Source: Candidatus Hadarchaeota archaeon (lineage in GTDB: Archaea; Hadarchaeota; Hadarchaeia; Hadarchaeales; JAWBSP01). From it: a stretch of DNA of 64,000 nucleotides. The notes beneath the pieces are model-generated. The model searched no databases and was not told the origin of the DNA. It worked only from the letters and a program-made list of their open reading frames with translations. Positions 49,963-59,799 of this stretch are shown here, piece by piece. Where the stretch lies: assembly GCA_964474885.1 (NCBI GenBank), contig CAYYWO010000003.1:86226-150225 (forward strand), in the 5' to 3' direction. A program made the translations under genes and the position numbers. How positions within the stretch are numbered: the first letter of the stretch is position 1; each line of letters starts with the position of its first letter.

Positions 49963-50763
49963 ATGCGGTTAGCAGTCATTCTCTGCATTCTGATGCTGGT
50001 TACAATTCTCGCTTATGCGTCAATTTGGGGACAGCCGTCGGGCAGATCCAAGACGACGAAAGAAACCCTGTACAAAATAGATTGTGCCATATGGTGTCTC
50101 AGGCATGGAGACGATCAGAGCGCTTCTTCTCTCTTAAGGTCAGCAAAGGATTTGTTTGACAAGCTGGATGTTGAAAATTTTGACGAAAACTTGGCATCTC
50201 TCTTGAGGGAGAGGTTCGACAATGTCTCAGCAGCTCCTAGCGAGGGGAATTGCCATGCCCTCAGGAGAAGTGTACAGAAAGCTACTGAGCAGGTCGGGGC
50301 GCCACTACCCGCCGTGTTTGCTCACTCTCCCCCCCTAGTCTTGCTGATATCGTTTCTTTCCAATTTCATCTATGTTTGGATTCTCAAGAGCACTGTTGAC
50401 TGGAACAGAATCAAGCAGATCAAACGCGAGCTGAGTGAGTGGAGCCGTCGCCTGAAGGAGGCTAGGAGGAGGAAGGACTTCAAAGAAATACACAAACTTA
50501 CCCAGGAGTGGTCAACAAGATTGGCCCCATTGCACGGCGAGCTTTTCTCCTCTCAACTGAGGTCGTTCCTCTTTCTCCCTGTTTTTGCAGCTCTGTACTT
50601 TGTGCTCGCCTCCGTCTACTCGGGCTGGATAATAGCGTGGCTTCCCTTTGGTATCTCACTCCCCCTATGGGGTTATTGGACTTCGTGTGGGGTCTTGAGT
50701 TGGCTCCTCTTTACTTCGGCTGCGACCACAGCTTTTTGGCGTAAGCTGCTCATAGGAGATTGA
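49963..50763 (+). CDS. DUF106/EMC3/TMCO1 (Oxa1 superfamily) protein with N-terminal extension
   Basis: C-terminal TM, coiled coil (VDWNRIKQIKRE), TM..WL..RKLLIG; conserved position before rpl34e. Confidence 0.75.
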   Translation: MRLAVILCILMLVTILAYASIWGQPSGRSKTTKETLYKIDCAIWCLRHGDDQSASSLLRSAKDLFDKLDVENFDENLASLLRERFDNVSAAPSEGNCHALRRSVQKATEQVGAPLPAVFAHSPPLVLLISFLSNFIYVWILKSTVDWNRIKQIKRELSEWSRRLKEARRRKDFKEIHKLTQEWSTRLAPLHGELFSSQLRSFLFLPVFAALYFVLASVYSGWIIAWLPFGISLPLWGYWTSCGVLSWLLFTSAATTAFWRKLLIGD

Positions 50764-51008
50764 TGGCTAGGCGTACCGGAAGCTGGAAATTGGTTAGAAC
50801 ACCCGGGGGCCGTCTCGTAGTTAGAAGAGTCAAGAAAAAACCTGGGACACCCAGGTGTGCAAGATGCAAAAAGCCCTTGGCAGGGACGTCATTTTCACGA
50901 AAGCTTCCGAAGTCTTGCAAAAGACCAACACGTCCATACGGCGGTTATCTTTGTGCCCAGTGCGCCCGAGAGCTGTTCAGAGAACGTGTGAGACGGGAAT
51001 GGTCGTAA
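50763..51008 (+). CDS. rpl34e: 50S ribosomal protein L34e
   Basis: RTPGG, CARC, RPTRPYGGYLCAQC. Confidence 0.92.
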   Translation: MARRTGSWKLVRTPGGRLVVRRVKKKPGTPRCARCKKPLAGTSFSRKLPKSCKRPTRPYGGYLCAQCARELFRERVRREWS

Positions 51009-51535
51009 TAGCCATAAGCGGCCCTCACGGTTCGGGTAAGACTTCTGTTGCTCGGTATTTGGCCAAAAAGATAGGGCTGAGATACGTTTGTTCCGGTGAC
51101 ATATTCAGGCAGATGGCTAAAGAAAGGGGCATGTCATTGGAAGAATTCAGTCGGTATGCCGAGGAACATCCCCAAATAGATCTGGAGATAGACCGAAGGA
51201 TGCAAGAGGAGGCAAGAAAGGGCCAAGTAGTGCTAGATTCCAGGCTAGCAGCTTGGTTGGTGGACGCAGATTTCAAGATACTGCTGGTGGCCCCTCTTGA
51301 GGCGAGAGTGCAGAGGATTGCTAAAAGAGAGGGCAGGAGGAGGGAAGAAGTTCTGTCGGAAACTCTTGTGAGAGAGAGGAGCGAGGCTAGGAGGTTCAAG
51401 AAATTGTATAACATTGACTTGGAGAATCACTCAGTGTTCGATCTCGTGGTGAACACAGATCGCTTCACCGAGGACCAAGTCAAGGAGATTATTGGGAGCC
51501 TAATCGAAATGATTTTGGATGATAGAAAGGGGTAG
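50999..51535 (+). CDS. cmk: Cytidylate kinase (archaeal)
   Basis: ISGPHGSGKTS, GDIFRQMA, SRLAAW. Confidence 0.92.
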   Translation: MVVIAISGPHGSGKTSVARYLAKKIGLRYVCSGDIFRQMAKERGMSLEEFSRYAEEHPQIDLEIDRRMQEEARKGQVVLDSRLAAWLVDADFKILLVAPLEARVQRIAKREGRRREEVLSETLVRERSEARRFKKLYNIDLENHSVFDLVVNTDRFTEDQVKEIIGSLIEMILDDRKG

Positions 51536-51746
51536 GGTCTGTGTAAAAACGGCTGGCAGAGAGGCAGGCAGGAAATGTGTTATCTTGGAGATTCTGGATG
51601 ATAATTTTGTCGTGGTTTGGGGCCCGAAAGTGAAAAAGAGGAGATGCAACATCGATCACTTGGAACCGACTCCGGTTAAACTCGAAATCAGGGAGGAGAC
51701 GGAGGAAGCACTCAAAAAAGCTTTTGAAGAAGCGGGATTAATTTGA
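51519..51746 (+). CDS. rpl14e: 50S ribosomal protein L14e
   Basis: GRVCVKTAGREAG, KRRCNIDHLEP. Confidence 0.94.
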   Translation: MIERGRVCVKTAGREAGRKCVILEILDDNFVVVWGPKVKKRRCNIDHLEPTPVKLEIREETEEALKKAFEEAGLI

Positions 51747-52714
51747 AGGACGAAAGGGAGATCCTCATTCGAGCAGAGGACATCACCGACCCAGCCTACG
51801 GGTATCCTCCGGAGAGCAGACCTCTCTCCTTGCACCTCCGTTATGGATTTCTGAACTTGGACAAGCCTAGGGGTCCAACCTCCCATGAAGTGGTAGCATG
51901 GATCAAGAGGATAACCCAAGTATCCCGAGCTGGGCATGCGGGGACGCTGGATCCGAAGGTTTCAGGTGTCTTGCCCGTTGCCCTCGAGGAGTCCACAAAG
52001 GTTCTGCAGGCTCTCTCAAATGCCGATAAAGAATACATTTGTTTGGTACATTTGCACTCTCAAGTGCCGGAACCCAGACTTCTAGAGATCATCCAAGAGT
52101 TCACTGGGGAAATCTTCCAGCGACCTCCACTCAGATCCGCTGTCAAGAGGCAGGTTAGAAGGCGGAAGGTGCATTTCATCGAGCTCCTCGAAAAGGAGGG
52201 AAAAGATGTCCTTTTGAGGATAGGCTGCCAAGCGGGAACATACGTGAGAAAACTCGTTTTTGATATGGGAGAGGCTTTGGGGTGTGGGGCGCACATGCTG
52301 GAGCTCAGAAGAACCAAAAGCGGCCCTTTCAGTGAAGAGGAGTCGTTGGTGACCCTCCACGACGTGATGGATGCTTTCGCCTTCTGGAGGGAAAACGGGA
52401 GGGAAGATATGATAAAAAAGGTTATCCTACCGGTAGAAGCAGCTGTCAGGCATTTGCCAAAGATCGTCATCCGAGATGGTGCGGTGGACGCGATCTGCCA
52501 CGGTGCAAGCCTTGCCGCTCCGGGTGTGCTCTCGGTTGAGACCGGGATATCGGTGGGAAATATGGTTGCGGTAATGACGCTCAAGGGGGAGCTAGTCGCC
52601 TTGATGGAGGCTCAGATGACATCCAGGCAAATTGTTGAGGCTGATAGGGGTCTCGTGGCCAAGCCGATCAGGGTCATCATGCAGCCCGGGACCTACCCAA
52701 GAAAATGGAAGTAG
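51743..52714 (+). CDS. cbf5: Pseudouridine synthase Cbf5 (TruB family)
   Basis: DKPRGPTSHEV, GHAGTLDP, GTYVRKL, PUA domain. Confidence 0.95.
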   Translation: MKDEREILIRAEDITDPAYGYPPESRPLSLHLRYGFLNLDKPRGPTSHEVVAWIKRITQVSRAGHAGTLDPKVSGVLPVALEESTKVLQALSNADKEYICLVHLHSQVPEPRLLEIIQEFTGEIFQRPPLRSAVKRQVRRRKVHFIELLEKEGKDVLLRIGCQAGTYVRKLVFDMGEALGCGAHMLELRRTKSGPFSEEESLVTLHDVMDAFAFWRENGREDMIKKVILPVEAAVRHLPKIVIRDGAVDAICHGASLAAPGVLSVETGISVGNMVAVMTLKGELVALMEAQMTSRQIVEADRGLVAKPIRVIMQPGTYPRKWK

Positions 52715-52736
52715 TCCGGATAACCAATTATTTGAT

Positions 52737-52822
52737 GCCGGGGTAGCCTAGCCAGGTAAGGCGCACGCCTGGAGAGCGTGTGGCCCGTTGGGGCCTCGTG
52801 GGTTCAAATCCCACCCCCGGCG
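52737..52822 (+). tRNA. tRNA-Ser(GGA)
   Basis: GCCGGGG/CCCCGGC+G; CACGC-CTGGAGA-GCGTG; long variable arm. Confidence 0.95.
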
Positions 52823-52924
52823 TACTCTTAGACTGGACTGAGTCGCTTAACCAACCAAATTAGAGCTATTTAATTGCGGTTATTACGTTTGATGATTTCC
52901 CCCACAGCGTTTCGAGTTGGTGGG

Positions 52925-53815
52925 ATGTGGATAATCTTCGTTTCGCTGGTCCTCGGTACGTACTACCTACTAAAAAGAAAGATCCACGGGTGGGCTAAGA
53001 TTCTTTCTCCTTCTTTTGGTTTCTTTGTGGTGATGGCGTGTTATCGTTTCGATCTATTCTCCTACCTCTCGGACTGTTTCTGGATTCGCGACCTCCTGAT
53101 TGAAAATATGTTTTCTCTTGCCATTTTTGGAGTTCTTGCCGTCGCCCTAGCTTTAACTGCATACCATTTCTCGTTTAAGATAAAGCCAAGCTCCTATCGC
53201 TCTCTTTATCATTTCCTCGTTTTTGTTGTCTTGGGTGCATCCTTTTTTGTACATCCGGATTTTGGTTTTCTATGTCTCTCCTTTGTCACGGTCGCATTCA
53301 TTTTCGTTGAAACAATCAGAGTGACCCACCCCAAACCGGCAAGGCAATTCCGCATTGGTGATCTTTTCGCTTTGCTGAAAGAGAAAAAGATAACAGATTT
53401 TTTGGTTCATCTGGTTCACCAAGCATTCAGCAGGGCATTCCGGCAGGCTGAGGAGTTCAAGCTCTACATGGCAGGCTTCTTCGCGGTGTTCGGCCTCCTT
53501 CTAGTGTTCATTGCACTGCCTTACAGAGTAGCCTTGACCTCTTTATTCATCTTGGCCTTAGCCGATCCGGCAGCGGCGTTCTGTGGACGTAGATATGGCT
53601 GGTACAGGTGGAGCCACAATCCCATAAAATCTCTTGAAGGATCTTTAGCGGCCTTTGTTGTCACGTTTTCTGTCGTTTTCATATTCGGCTTTTCGCCTCT
53701 CACGGCAGGAGTGGTGGCTTTGTCAATAATGGTTTTCGAGTCCCTCCCTCTCCAGATGAGCGATAACCTTCTCCTTCCCGTCCTTTCTGGCCTGCTGCTG
53801 CTGACACCCCTCTGA
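52925..53815 (+). CDS. Polyprenol/dolichol kinase-like membrane protein, paralog 3
   Basis: YRSLYH, ADPAAAFCG..KSLEGS, SDNLLLP. Confidence 0.78.
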   Translation: MWIIFVSLVLGTYYLLKRKIHGWAKILSPSFGFFVVMACYRFDLFSYLSDCFWIRDLLIENMFSLAIFGVLAVALALTAYHFSFKIKPSSYRSLYHFLVFVVLGASFFVHPDFGFLCLSFVTVAFIFVETIRVTHPKPARQFRIGDLFALLKEKKITDFLVHLVHQAFSRAFRQAEEFKLYMAGFFAVFGLLLVFIALPYRVALTSLFILALADPAAAFCGRRYGWYRWSHNPIKSLEGSLAAFVVTFSVVFIFGFSPLTAGVVALSIMVFESLPLQMSDNLLLPVLSGLLLLTPL

Positions 53816-54693
53816 TGATCTGGGACATGGATCCTGGGATAGATGACGCCGTAGCCCTGCTCCTAGCGCTGAGCAGGGATGTGCAGGTAGACGGAATAAC
53901 AACCGTTGCTGGAAACGTGGAGGTCCAGCAGACCACGAAAAACGCGCTCAGGGTCTTGGGGTATATGGGCAGGCTGGACATCCCAGTGGGGATGGGGATG
54001 CCCAAACCGCTAGTTAGAGAGTTGCATACATGCCGGGAGGTACATGGTGAGGATGGACTCGGGGAGTGCGGACTTCCAGAGCCCGAGGCTGAGCCTGTGC
54101 ATTTCTTAGAGCTCTGGAGGTACCCTCCTCACAAAGCCATTTGCACAGGCCCGCTCACGAACGTTGCGGTGGCACTCCTCTCGATCCCTAATCTCTCCAG
54201 TGCCCTGAGAGAGGTGATCATCATGGGAGGGGCACTGCATCTGAAACCTTGGGGTTGTGGCAACGTAACGGCAGACAGCGAGTTCAACTTTTACGTCGAC
54301 CCGGAGGCGGCTAAGATAGTCCTTGAGTCAGGGATCCCGATAACTCTAATCCCTCTCGATGTAACGGCAGATCCAAAGCTGGCATTCACCCGGGCTCTCT
54401 TGGAGGAGCTGGAGCCCGAGACTCCCCCCGCTAGGTTGGTCTCTCATATGCTCGATTTCATGTTGGGCAGGCAGGGGTCCGTCAACTTACACGATGTGGT
54501 AGCAGTAGCCTACCTGATAGATCCGAGTATGTTTGAGGTGGAGGAACAGAAGGTGAAAGTGGAGCTTTACCCAGTTAGGGGAAAGCTAGTGCGTGATCCA
54601 CAGGGAGTGCTATTGAATGTTTGTCTTTCAGTGTCGCCGAAAGATTTGATCCAAGTAGTCCTGGAGGGACTGGGCTTCCGTCGGAGGTCTTAG
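53815..54693 (+). CDS. Nucleoside hydrolase (IU-NH family)
   Basis: DMDPGIDDA, VHGEDGLG, GPLTN, EFNFYVDPEAA, LHD. Confidence 0.92.
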   Translation: MIWDMDPGIDDAVALLLALSRDVQVDGITTVAGNVEVQQTTKNALRVLGYMGRLDIPVGMGMPKPLVRELHTCREVHGEDGLGECGLPEPEAEPVHFLELWRYPPHKAICTGPLTNVAVALLSIPNLSSALREVIIMGGALHLKPWGCGNVTADSEFNFYVDPEAAKIVLESGIPITLIPLDVTADPKLAFTRALLEELEPETPPARLVSHMLDFMLGRQGSVNLHDVVAVAYLIDPSMFEVEEQKVKVELYPVRGKLVRDPQGVLLNVCLSVSPKDLIQVVLEGLGFRRRS

Positions 54694-54717
54694 CTTATCC
54701 AACTTGTATTTTTGAGG

Positions 54718-55173
54718 TTACTCTGTCTTGGGTCTCACGACCCATGAGATTTTCCATACCTTATCAGTTTTCTCCAAACATATGAAGATCCCCGGTACGA
54801 AGTTTACCGGATTCTGTTCGGGATTACCCGTAACCAGTAGTCCGACCAGTTTTCCTAGGTGGGGCATGTGCCCCACAATCATGAGTTCTTCTTCCTCCTT
54901 TTGAATTAGCTCAAGAGCGATTTTGGGATCATCATTAGGATTCAATCCCCCTTGCTCGATCACCGGCAACGGTCCTATGATTTTCTGGAAGTATTCTGCT
55001 GTTTGTTTTGCTCTAAGCTTCCCACTATGGAGGATTTTCGATGGCCGAGGGCCATACTCTCGTATCACCCTTCCGACTCTTTCCAAGTCCTTCCAGCCTT
55101 TTTCTGACAGGGGACGAGAGGGATCCTCCTCCTCTGACTTAGCATGTGCGTGCTGGACGATGTACAGCCTCAT
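54718..55173 (-). CDS. sixA: Phosphohistidine phosphatase SixA-like
   Basis: LYIVQHA, RPLSEKG, HSGKLRAKQTA, VGHMPHL. Confidence 0.85.
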   Translation of the reverse strand: MRLYIVQHAHAKSEEEDPSRPLSEKGWKDLERVGRVIREYGPRPSKILHSGKLRAKQTAEYFQKIIGPLPVIEQGGLNPNDDPKIALELIQKEEEELMIVGHMPHLGKLVGLLVTGNPEQNPVNFVPGIFICLEKTDKVWKISWVVRPKTE

Positions 55174-55179
55174 TCTACG

Positions 55180-55770
55180 TCAGTAGTCCACATATCTCAT
55201 TTTTTTGAGCAGGGTAAACACCAGCAAAAACTTGGCCTCCATCTCAGCAGTCTCAGCTATGGCTCTGGCTTCGAGCAGATCCTGTCCTACAGCTATCACA
55301 CCATGTCGAGGTATGATTACGAGGTTGTAGTCTTCCTGGACCGCGTTTGAGACCACCTCAGCAAGTTCTGGAGATCCAGGAGGTTTAGGTGATACGAGTG
55401 TGGGGTTGATATTCAGCTTTGCCTCCACAGTTTCTGGACAGAAAGGGATCCCAGATGCGACCAGGGCTAGAACGAGCGGATTGTGTGCGTGTACTACTGC
55501 ATTTATCTCTTTCTTAGTCTGATAGATCCTAGCGTGCATGAGTTTTTCTCTAGATGGGGAGACCTTTCCCTCGATGATTCTCCCTTGGAGATCCAATTTG
55601 ACCAAGAGTTCGGGAGTCAGTTCGGGTTTACACATTCTTGTAGGCGTGATCCAGAAATGTTCTGAACCTTCTAGCCTGCCACTCACGTTCCCACTCCTGT
55701 TTGAGATAAGTCCTAGCTCGTATAGCGCCTTGCATGTGTTAACAATTTGTCTCTTTAGTTCTTCTTCCAT
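55180..55770 (-). CDS. Class II aldolase/adducin family protein
   Basis: SGNVSGR, ITPT, PSRE..MH, VVHAH, RHGV. Confidence 0.88.
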   Translation of the reverse strand: MEEELKRQIVNTCKALYELGLISNRSGNVSGRLEGSEHFWITPTRMCKPELTPELLVKLDLQGRIIEGKVSPSREKLMHARIYQTKKEINAVVHAHNPLVLALVASGIPFCPETVEAKLNINPTLVSPKPPGSPELAEVVSNAVQEDYNLVIIPRHGVIAVGQDLLEARAIAETAEMEAKFLLVFTLLKKMRYVDY

Positions 55771-55852
55771 CTTTATTATCAATTAAAGAAATACATGACG
55801 GAGACCCTGCAAGGATTGGAAAGAATCACAAGACCTTGTTACACAAGTTTTG

Positions 55853-56311
55853 ATGCACTCTGGGGGTCATGCTGGTCTCTCGTTGACCATCCTTTCATTT
55901 CTTATGATAACCTTTGATTGGGTGAATGATAAGGCAATTATTATATGCATGCTCATAGTTGCTCTGTCTTCTCTCCCCGACATCGACCTACGCTTGTGTT
56001 TCGTGGAACATCGGGGTCCCACGCACACACTGTTTTTTGGTATAATTTCTGGCATCGTTTTCGCAATTCTTTTCGATTATGCGGGTTGGGACTGGCAAAT
56101 AGGTTTCATTTCTGCTTTTGGTGCGATTACGCTGCACATATTGGGAGACATTTTTACATATCAAGAACTCAAGCCTTTCTGGCCATTTTCAGGTTACAGG
56201 ATAGCATTGCGTCTCTGCAGGTCCGAGAGTCGGGTTGTAAACAAAGGTTTAAGTTCTTTAGGTGGGGTAGCTTTCTTTGTCGTCCTATTGAAATACGCTG
56301 GCCTATTCTAA
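55853..56311 (+). CDS. YdjM-like membrane metal-dependent hydrolase
   Basis: N-terminal His, LPDID, HRGPTHT, HILGD, PFWP. Confidence 0.82.
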   Translation: MHSGGHAGLSLTILSFLMITFDWVNDKAIIICMLIVALSSLPDIDLRLCFVEHRGPTHTLFFGIISGIVFAILFDYAGWDWQIGFISAFGAITLHILGDIFTYQELKPFWPFSGYRIALRLCRSESRVVNKGLSSLGGVAFFVVLLKYAGLF

Positions 56312-56556
56312 GAACGTGGAAATGATCAGGTGCCGGGAAGACGTTTAGTAGAAGCGCCCAAATCCGAAAGAGAAGGATAAAACACCTTCGGGATTGACGA
56401 GTCGACCTTAGTTCGACATATTGCCATATTTCAGTCTTAAAAATCTCTCCTGATTCCGGATGAGAGGATCCACCACTGGCTTACGGGGTGTATCAACCCT
56501 CGCAGGATTTAAAGCAGGGCGAAAAACAGCTATTTACCATAATTATCACCCTTTTT

Positions 56557-57954
56557 ATGAAATTGAGGATACATTTGCGAACGGAAGTTCTGGTATCTAT
56601 AGTGCTTATAATCGTTCTAGGCGGACTCAACTATGCTGATCAAGCTGCTTTAGCCCCTCTTATTCCCTTGATCACGGAGGATCTTGGGGTAAGCGATCCT
56701 GCCATGGGGCTCGTGTGTTCGATCTACACCGTGTTGATGGGGATATCTATGTTAGTTTTCGGCTACCTCTCCGACAAGTATTCGAGAAAGAAATTGATGC
56801 TAATCGGAGCACTGCTATGGAGCGCTTTTGCATATGGGACGTCTTTGGCCGGATCTTTTTATTCCTTGCTGGTAGTTAGAGCTTTCACTGGCATAGGATT
56901 GGGAAGCTTCTTCCCCATAGCCTTCGCCATGGTGGCAGATTATTTTCCCCCAAAAGAGAGAGGCAAAGTATACGCTTGGTTGGGAATCCTGCCGGGCGTA
57001 GGGGGTGCTGCAGGCGGGGCCTTAGGAGCGTTGTATGGTCCCACTCTCGGATGGAGATTTCCCTTCCGCGTGATCGGGTTGGCCGGTTTCATTGCGGTAG
57101 CATTGTTTTACTTCCTGCTCAAAGAGCCTGAGAGAGCTGCGGCTGAGCCGGAGTTCAAAGATCTCATCGAGAAAGGAGAGGTTAAGTACGAATACAGGAT
57201 AAGCATAGAGGACATCAAGCAAGTCTTGCAGAAGAGGTCTAACATATTCATCATTCTTCAAAGCATCCCCGGGTGCGTACCCTGGGGAATCCTGAACATA
57301 TGGCTCATAACTTTCTTCCATCGAACCGCGGGTATGCCAATTCTTCTAGCAACCGTTTTCTCAGTAGCTTTTTGGATAGGATGCGCTCTTGGCACGCTGC
57401 TTGGAGGTTATTTGGGAGATAAGTTGGAGAGAAGATACAGGACGGGTAGGATATCCCTTTCTATATTTGGAATTTCTGCGGGGATGTTGCTTTTGTTAGC
57501 CGCGATCTCTTGCGATCTCCCCCCATATACCGGACCCCAAGAAGGCGAATTCTTTCCTCTCATTTGGCAATTCGTTTGGGATTATTTGTGGTGGAAACCC
57601 GCAGGTTGGATATTTGATCTGTATTTCTTTGGAGGCGTTCTCGCGGGCATCGCCTATCCCAACACCTACGCCATGGTCCAGAACCTGAACTTACCTGAGA
57701 TCAGGGGAACATTAAACGCATTGAATCTCTCGACCGATTTGTTGGGAAGGGGCGTAGGACCAGTAATAGGAGGGATCTTGATAGAAGCAGAAGGGATCAA
57801 AAATGGGCTAATGATTGGGGTTCTGTTTTGGATACTCTGTGTCGCGTTGTGGCCGCCACTTTACAAGACCAAACCGAGGGACGAAGACGAAACCAGGAGA
57901 GTGCTCTCCCAGAGAGCGCAAACGGTAAGTAAAAAGTTAGAAAGCTTCCACTAG
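56557..57954 (+). CDS. MFS transporter
   Basis: Motif A GYLSDKYSRK, RAFTGIG, ADYFPPKERG, about 12 TM helices. Confidence 0.92.
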   Translation: MKLRIHLRTEVLVSIVLIIVLGGLNYADQAALAPLIPLITEDLGVSDPAMGLVCSIYTVLMGISMLVFGYLSDKYSRKKLMLIGALLWSAFAYGTSLAGSFYSLLVVRAFTGIGLGSFFPIAFAMVADYFPPKERGKVYAWLGILPGVGGAAGGALGALYGPTLGWRFPFRVIGLAGFIAVALFYFLLKEPERAAAEPEFKDLIEKGEVKYEYRISIEDIKQVLQKRSNIFIILQSIPGCVPWGILNIWLITFFHRTAGMPILLATVFSVAFWIGCALGTLLGGYLGDKLERRYRTGRISLSIFGISAGMLLLLAAISCDLPPYTGPQEGEFFPLIWQFVWDYLWWKPAGWIFDLYFFGGVLAGIAYPNTYAMVQNLNLPEIRGTLNALNLSTDLLGRGVGPVIGGILIEAEGIKNGLMIGVLFWILCVALWPPLYKTKPRDEDETRRVLSQRAQTVSKKLESFH

Positions 57955-57971
57955 CCACTTTTCAATACCTG

Positions 57972-58290
57972 GTGAAAGGGCTTAGTGCTTACCGAGATCA
58001 GCAGAATCTGTTTCGGTTGAACCAAGACAAGGTGTCCCCCTACTTCACCCTCTGGGAGGATGTGGAAGGCAGATGCGGGGAGCACCCAAGGGATGCGAAC
58101 CCCAAGGATGCCCCCTTCCTCGCTACAATCGGATCGGGAGGCAGTTGGATCGAGGAAATCAGGCGGAGGGAGGACGAGCTGGTGGAGTGCGTGGTTCAGA
58201 GGTCGAGCTAGTCCTAGACCTCGTGGAAAGGGCGCTGAGAGAGAACGGGGCCTTGGAAGAAATGGCTATGAGACCATCTGGACACTTTTG
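57972..58290 (+). pseudogene. Decayed gene fragments including a PIN-toxin-like motif
   Basis: PKDAPFLA motif; coding-like segments continue across a frame change; adjacent to the tRNA-Tyr 3' end. Confidence 0.35.
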
Positions 58291-58295
58291 CAGGG

Positions 58296-58382
58296 TCCCG
58301 CGGGAGGGATTTGAACCCCCGACATGCCGGTTTCCGCCCCAGGTCTACAGCCGGCCACTCTACCAGGCTGAGTTACCGCGGG
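58296..58382 (-). tRNA. tRNA-Tyr(GTA) with 13-nt intron at 37/38 (58332-58344)
   Basis: CCCGCGG/CCGCGGG+A; GCCGG-CTGTAG[ACCTGGGGCGGAA]A-CCGGC; TTCAAAT. Confidence 0.92.
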
Positions 58383-58407
58383 ATCCAAAAAATTTGTTAG
58401 AATCGAT

Positions 58408-59523
58408 TTAGGGATTTCGGGATTCCATCAACCTAGCAAGCCTGCGGAGGGCTTTTAACTTCTCCTCCCGATCCACCATGGCTTCTTTTAGGGTGAGCTG
58501 TAGGAACTGAATTGTTTCATCGTAACACTTGAGATCCACGGGATGAGGAACTCCATCTTTCCCGCCCACTGTGAATGAATACTTGACAGGGTCCCTCCAG
58601 GAAGGAGGTTTTCCAAAGATGAGGTCCGATAGCAGAGCTAGTGCCCTGATGGTTTTGGGCCCTACGCCTTCGATGGCGACCAGCTCCTCGTAGTCCTTTG
58701 GGCTCAGCTTGTTGATTTTTTCCAAGGTGGCTAGGGTGCCCCGGCAGAGCTCCTTTACCCAGTGATCCCTGGGCATGAAGAGCCTAGCTGGAGGGGTTCT
58801 GGACAGATAATCGTCCAGGGTCCGCTGGGTTGCCTCGAGCAAATAGTATCTCAAGTTCTTTGGATCTTCCCGTGTGAGTTCAACACTCCTTCTCCGGGCC
58901 CCCTCGCTCTCTCTGGCGGTCATGTCGAGAACAGCTTGCTCCACTCTCTCCCCTATGATGCTGGAATGGGGCTCTCGTACGAAACTTGTAAGCCCCTCGG
59001 AAACCCAGTGGTATCTCCTAGCCCAGTATTCTCTCATCCCCTGCTGGACCACGGCCCAGCTCCCATTCTCCGCCAGGATGAAGCAGTGGTGGTAGAGCTG
59101 GTAACCGTCTTGGACGCATGCGTTGTCCACCTTGGCCACCATCCTGCTCGCGTATTGGAGCTCTCTAATTCTGGAGTCTGAAAAGGAAAAGACTTCCGAT
59201 GTCCTCTTTATCTCCTCCGGTGTTCGCTTGGAGACCTTTCCTTTCCCGCCGCATATAACGACACCCAGGCTGGGATCCAGCCCTTCCTTCAGCGCCCCCA
59301 AGGTAACAGTCGTGAGCCCGCTGGAGTGCCAGTCGTAACCTAGGGCACAGCCCAGGGATTGCAGGAAGAAGGGATCCCCCATCCGCCTGATGAACTCCTT
59401 CACACCGAATTGATCGACTATAATCTGCGTTATGGCTCTGCCTAGCCTTTTCATCCGACTGAAAAGCCAGGGTGGGCACTTCCCTCCGTGGAGCGGTAGT
59501 TCAGCTATGCCGGACCTTTTCAC
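58408..59523 (-). CDS. DUF763 family protein
   Basis: LPLHGGKCPPWL, DWHSSGLTT, VQDGYQLYHH, GGKDGVP. Confidence 0.9.
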   Translation of the reverse strand: MKRSGIAELPLHGGKCPPWLFSRMKRLGRAITQIIVDQFGVKEFIRRMGDPFFLQSLGCALGYDWHSSGLTTVTLGALKEGLDPSLGVVICGGKGKVSKRTPEEIKRTSEVFSFSDSRIRELQYASRMVAKVDNACVQDGYQLYHHCFILAENGSWAVVQQGMREYWARRYHWVSEGLTSFVREPHSSIIGERVEQAVLDMTARESEGARRRSVELTREDPKNLRYYLLEATQRTLDDYLSRTPPARLFMPRDHWVKELCRGTLATLEKINKLSPKDYEELVAIEGVGPKTIRALALLSDLIFGKPPSWRDPVKYSFTVGGKDGVPHPVDLKCYDETIQFLQLTLKEAMVDREEKLKALRRLARLMESRNP

Positions 59524-59566
59524 AACTAAACTGAACGCCTAGGGATTTCAAATTTGGGCCGCCAAG

Positions 59567-59782
59567 TCACTTGAGGAGGTAGTAGCCGGCCGCCTTCTCT
59601 CTAGCAACCCTTTTGGCGATCTTCTTGTTGACCAAGGAAATCAGGGCATTGTTAACCCTGCCCTTGGGAAGAGCGGCCGTCCTGGCTATGTCGTCGGCGG
59701 TCTTCAGGGTGTTGGGATTTGTAGCCCCTAGGCGCTTCATCGTCTCGTAAACCTTCCTCTCATCGGGGGTCAGTTGCTCCAT
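59567..59782 (-). CDS. Small winged-HTH protein
   Basis: LTPDERKVYE..KTADDIA..LPKGRVNNALISL..KR..KAAGYY. Confidence 0.75.
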   Translation of the reverse strand: MEQLTPDERKVYETMKRLGATNPNTLKTADDIARTAALPKGRVNNALISLVNKKIAKRVAREKAAGYYLLK

Positions 59783-59799
59783 CGTGCAATATGCTTCTT

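Noticed and set aside
56312-56556. Intergenic gap with an imperfect stem-loop before the MFS gene, as a possible riboswitch
   Set aside because: No recognisable aptamer consensus and weak pairing
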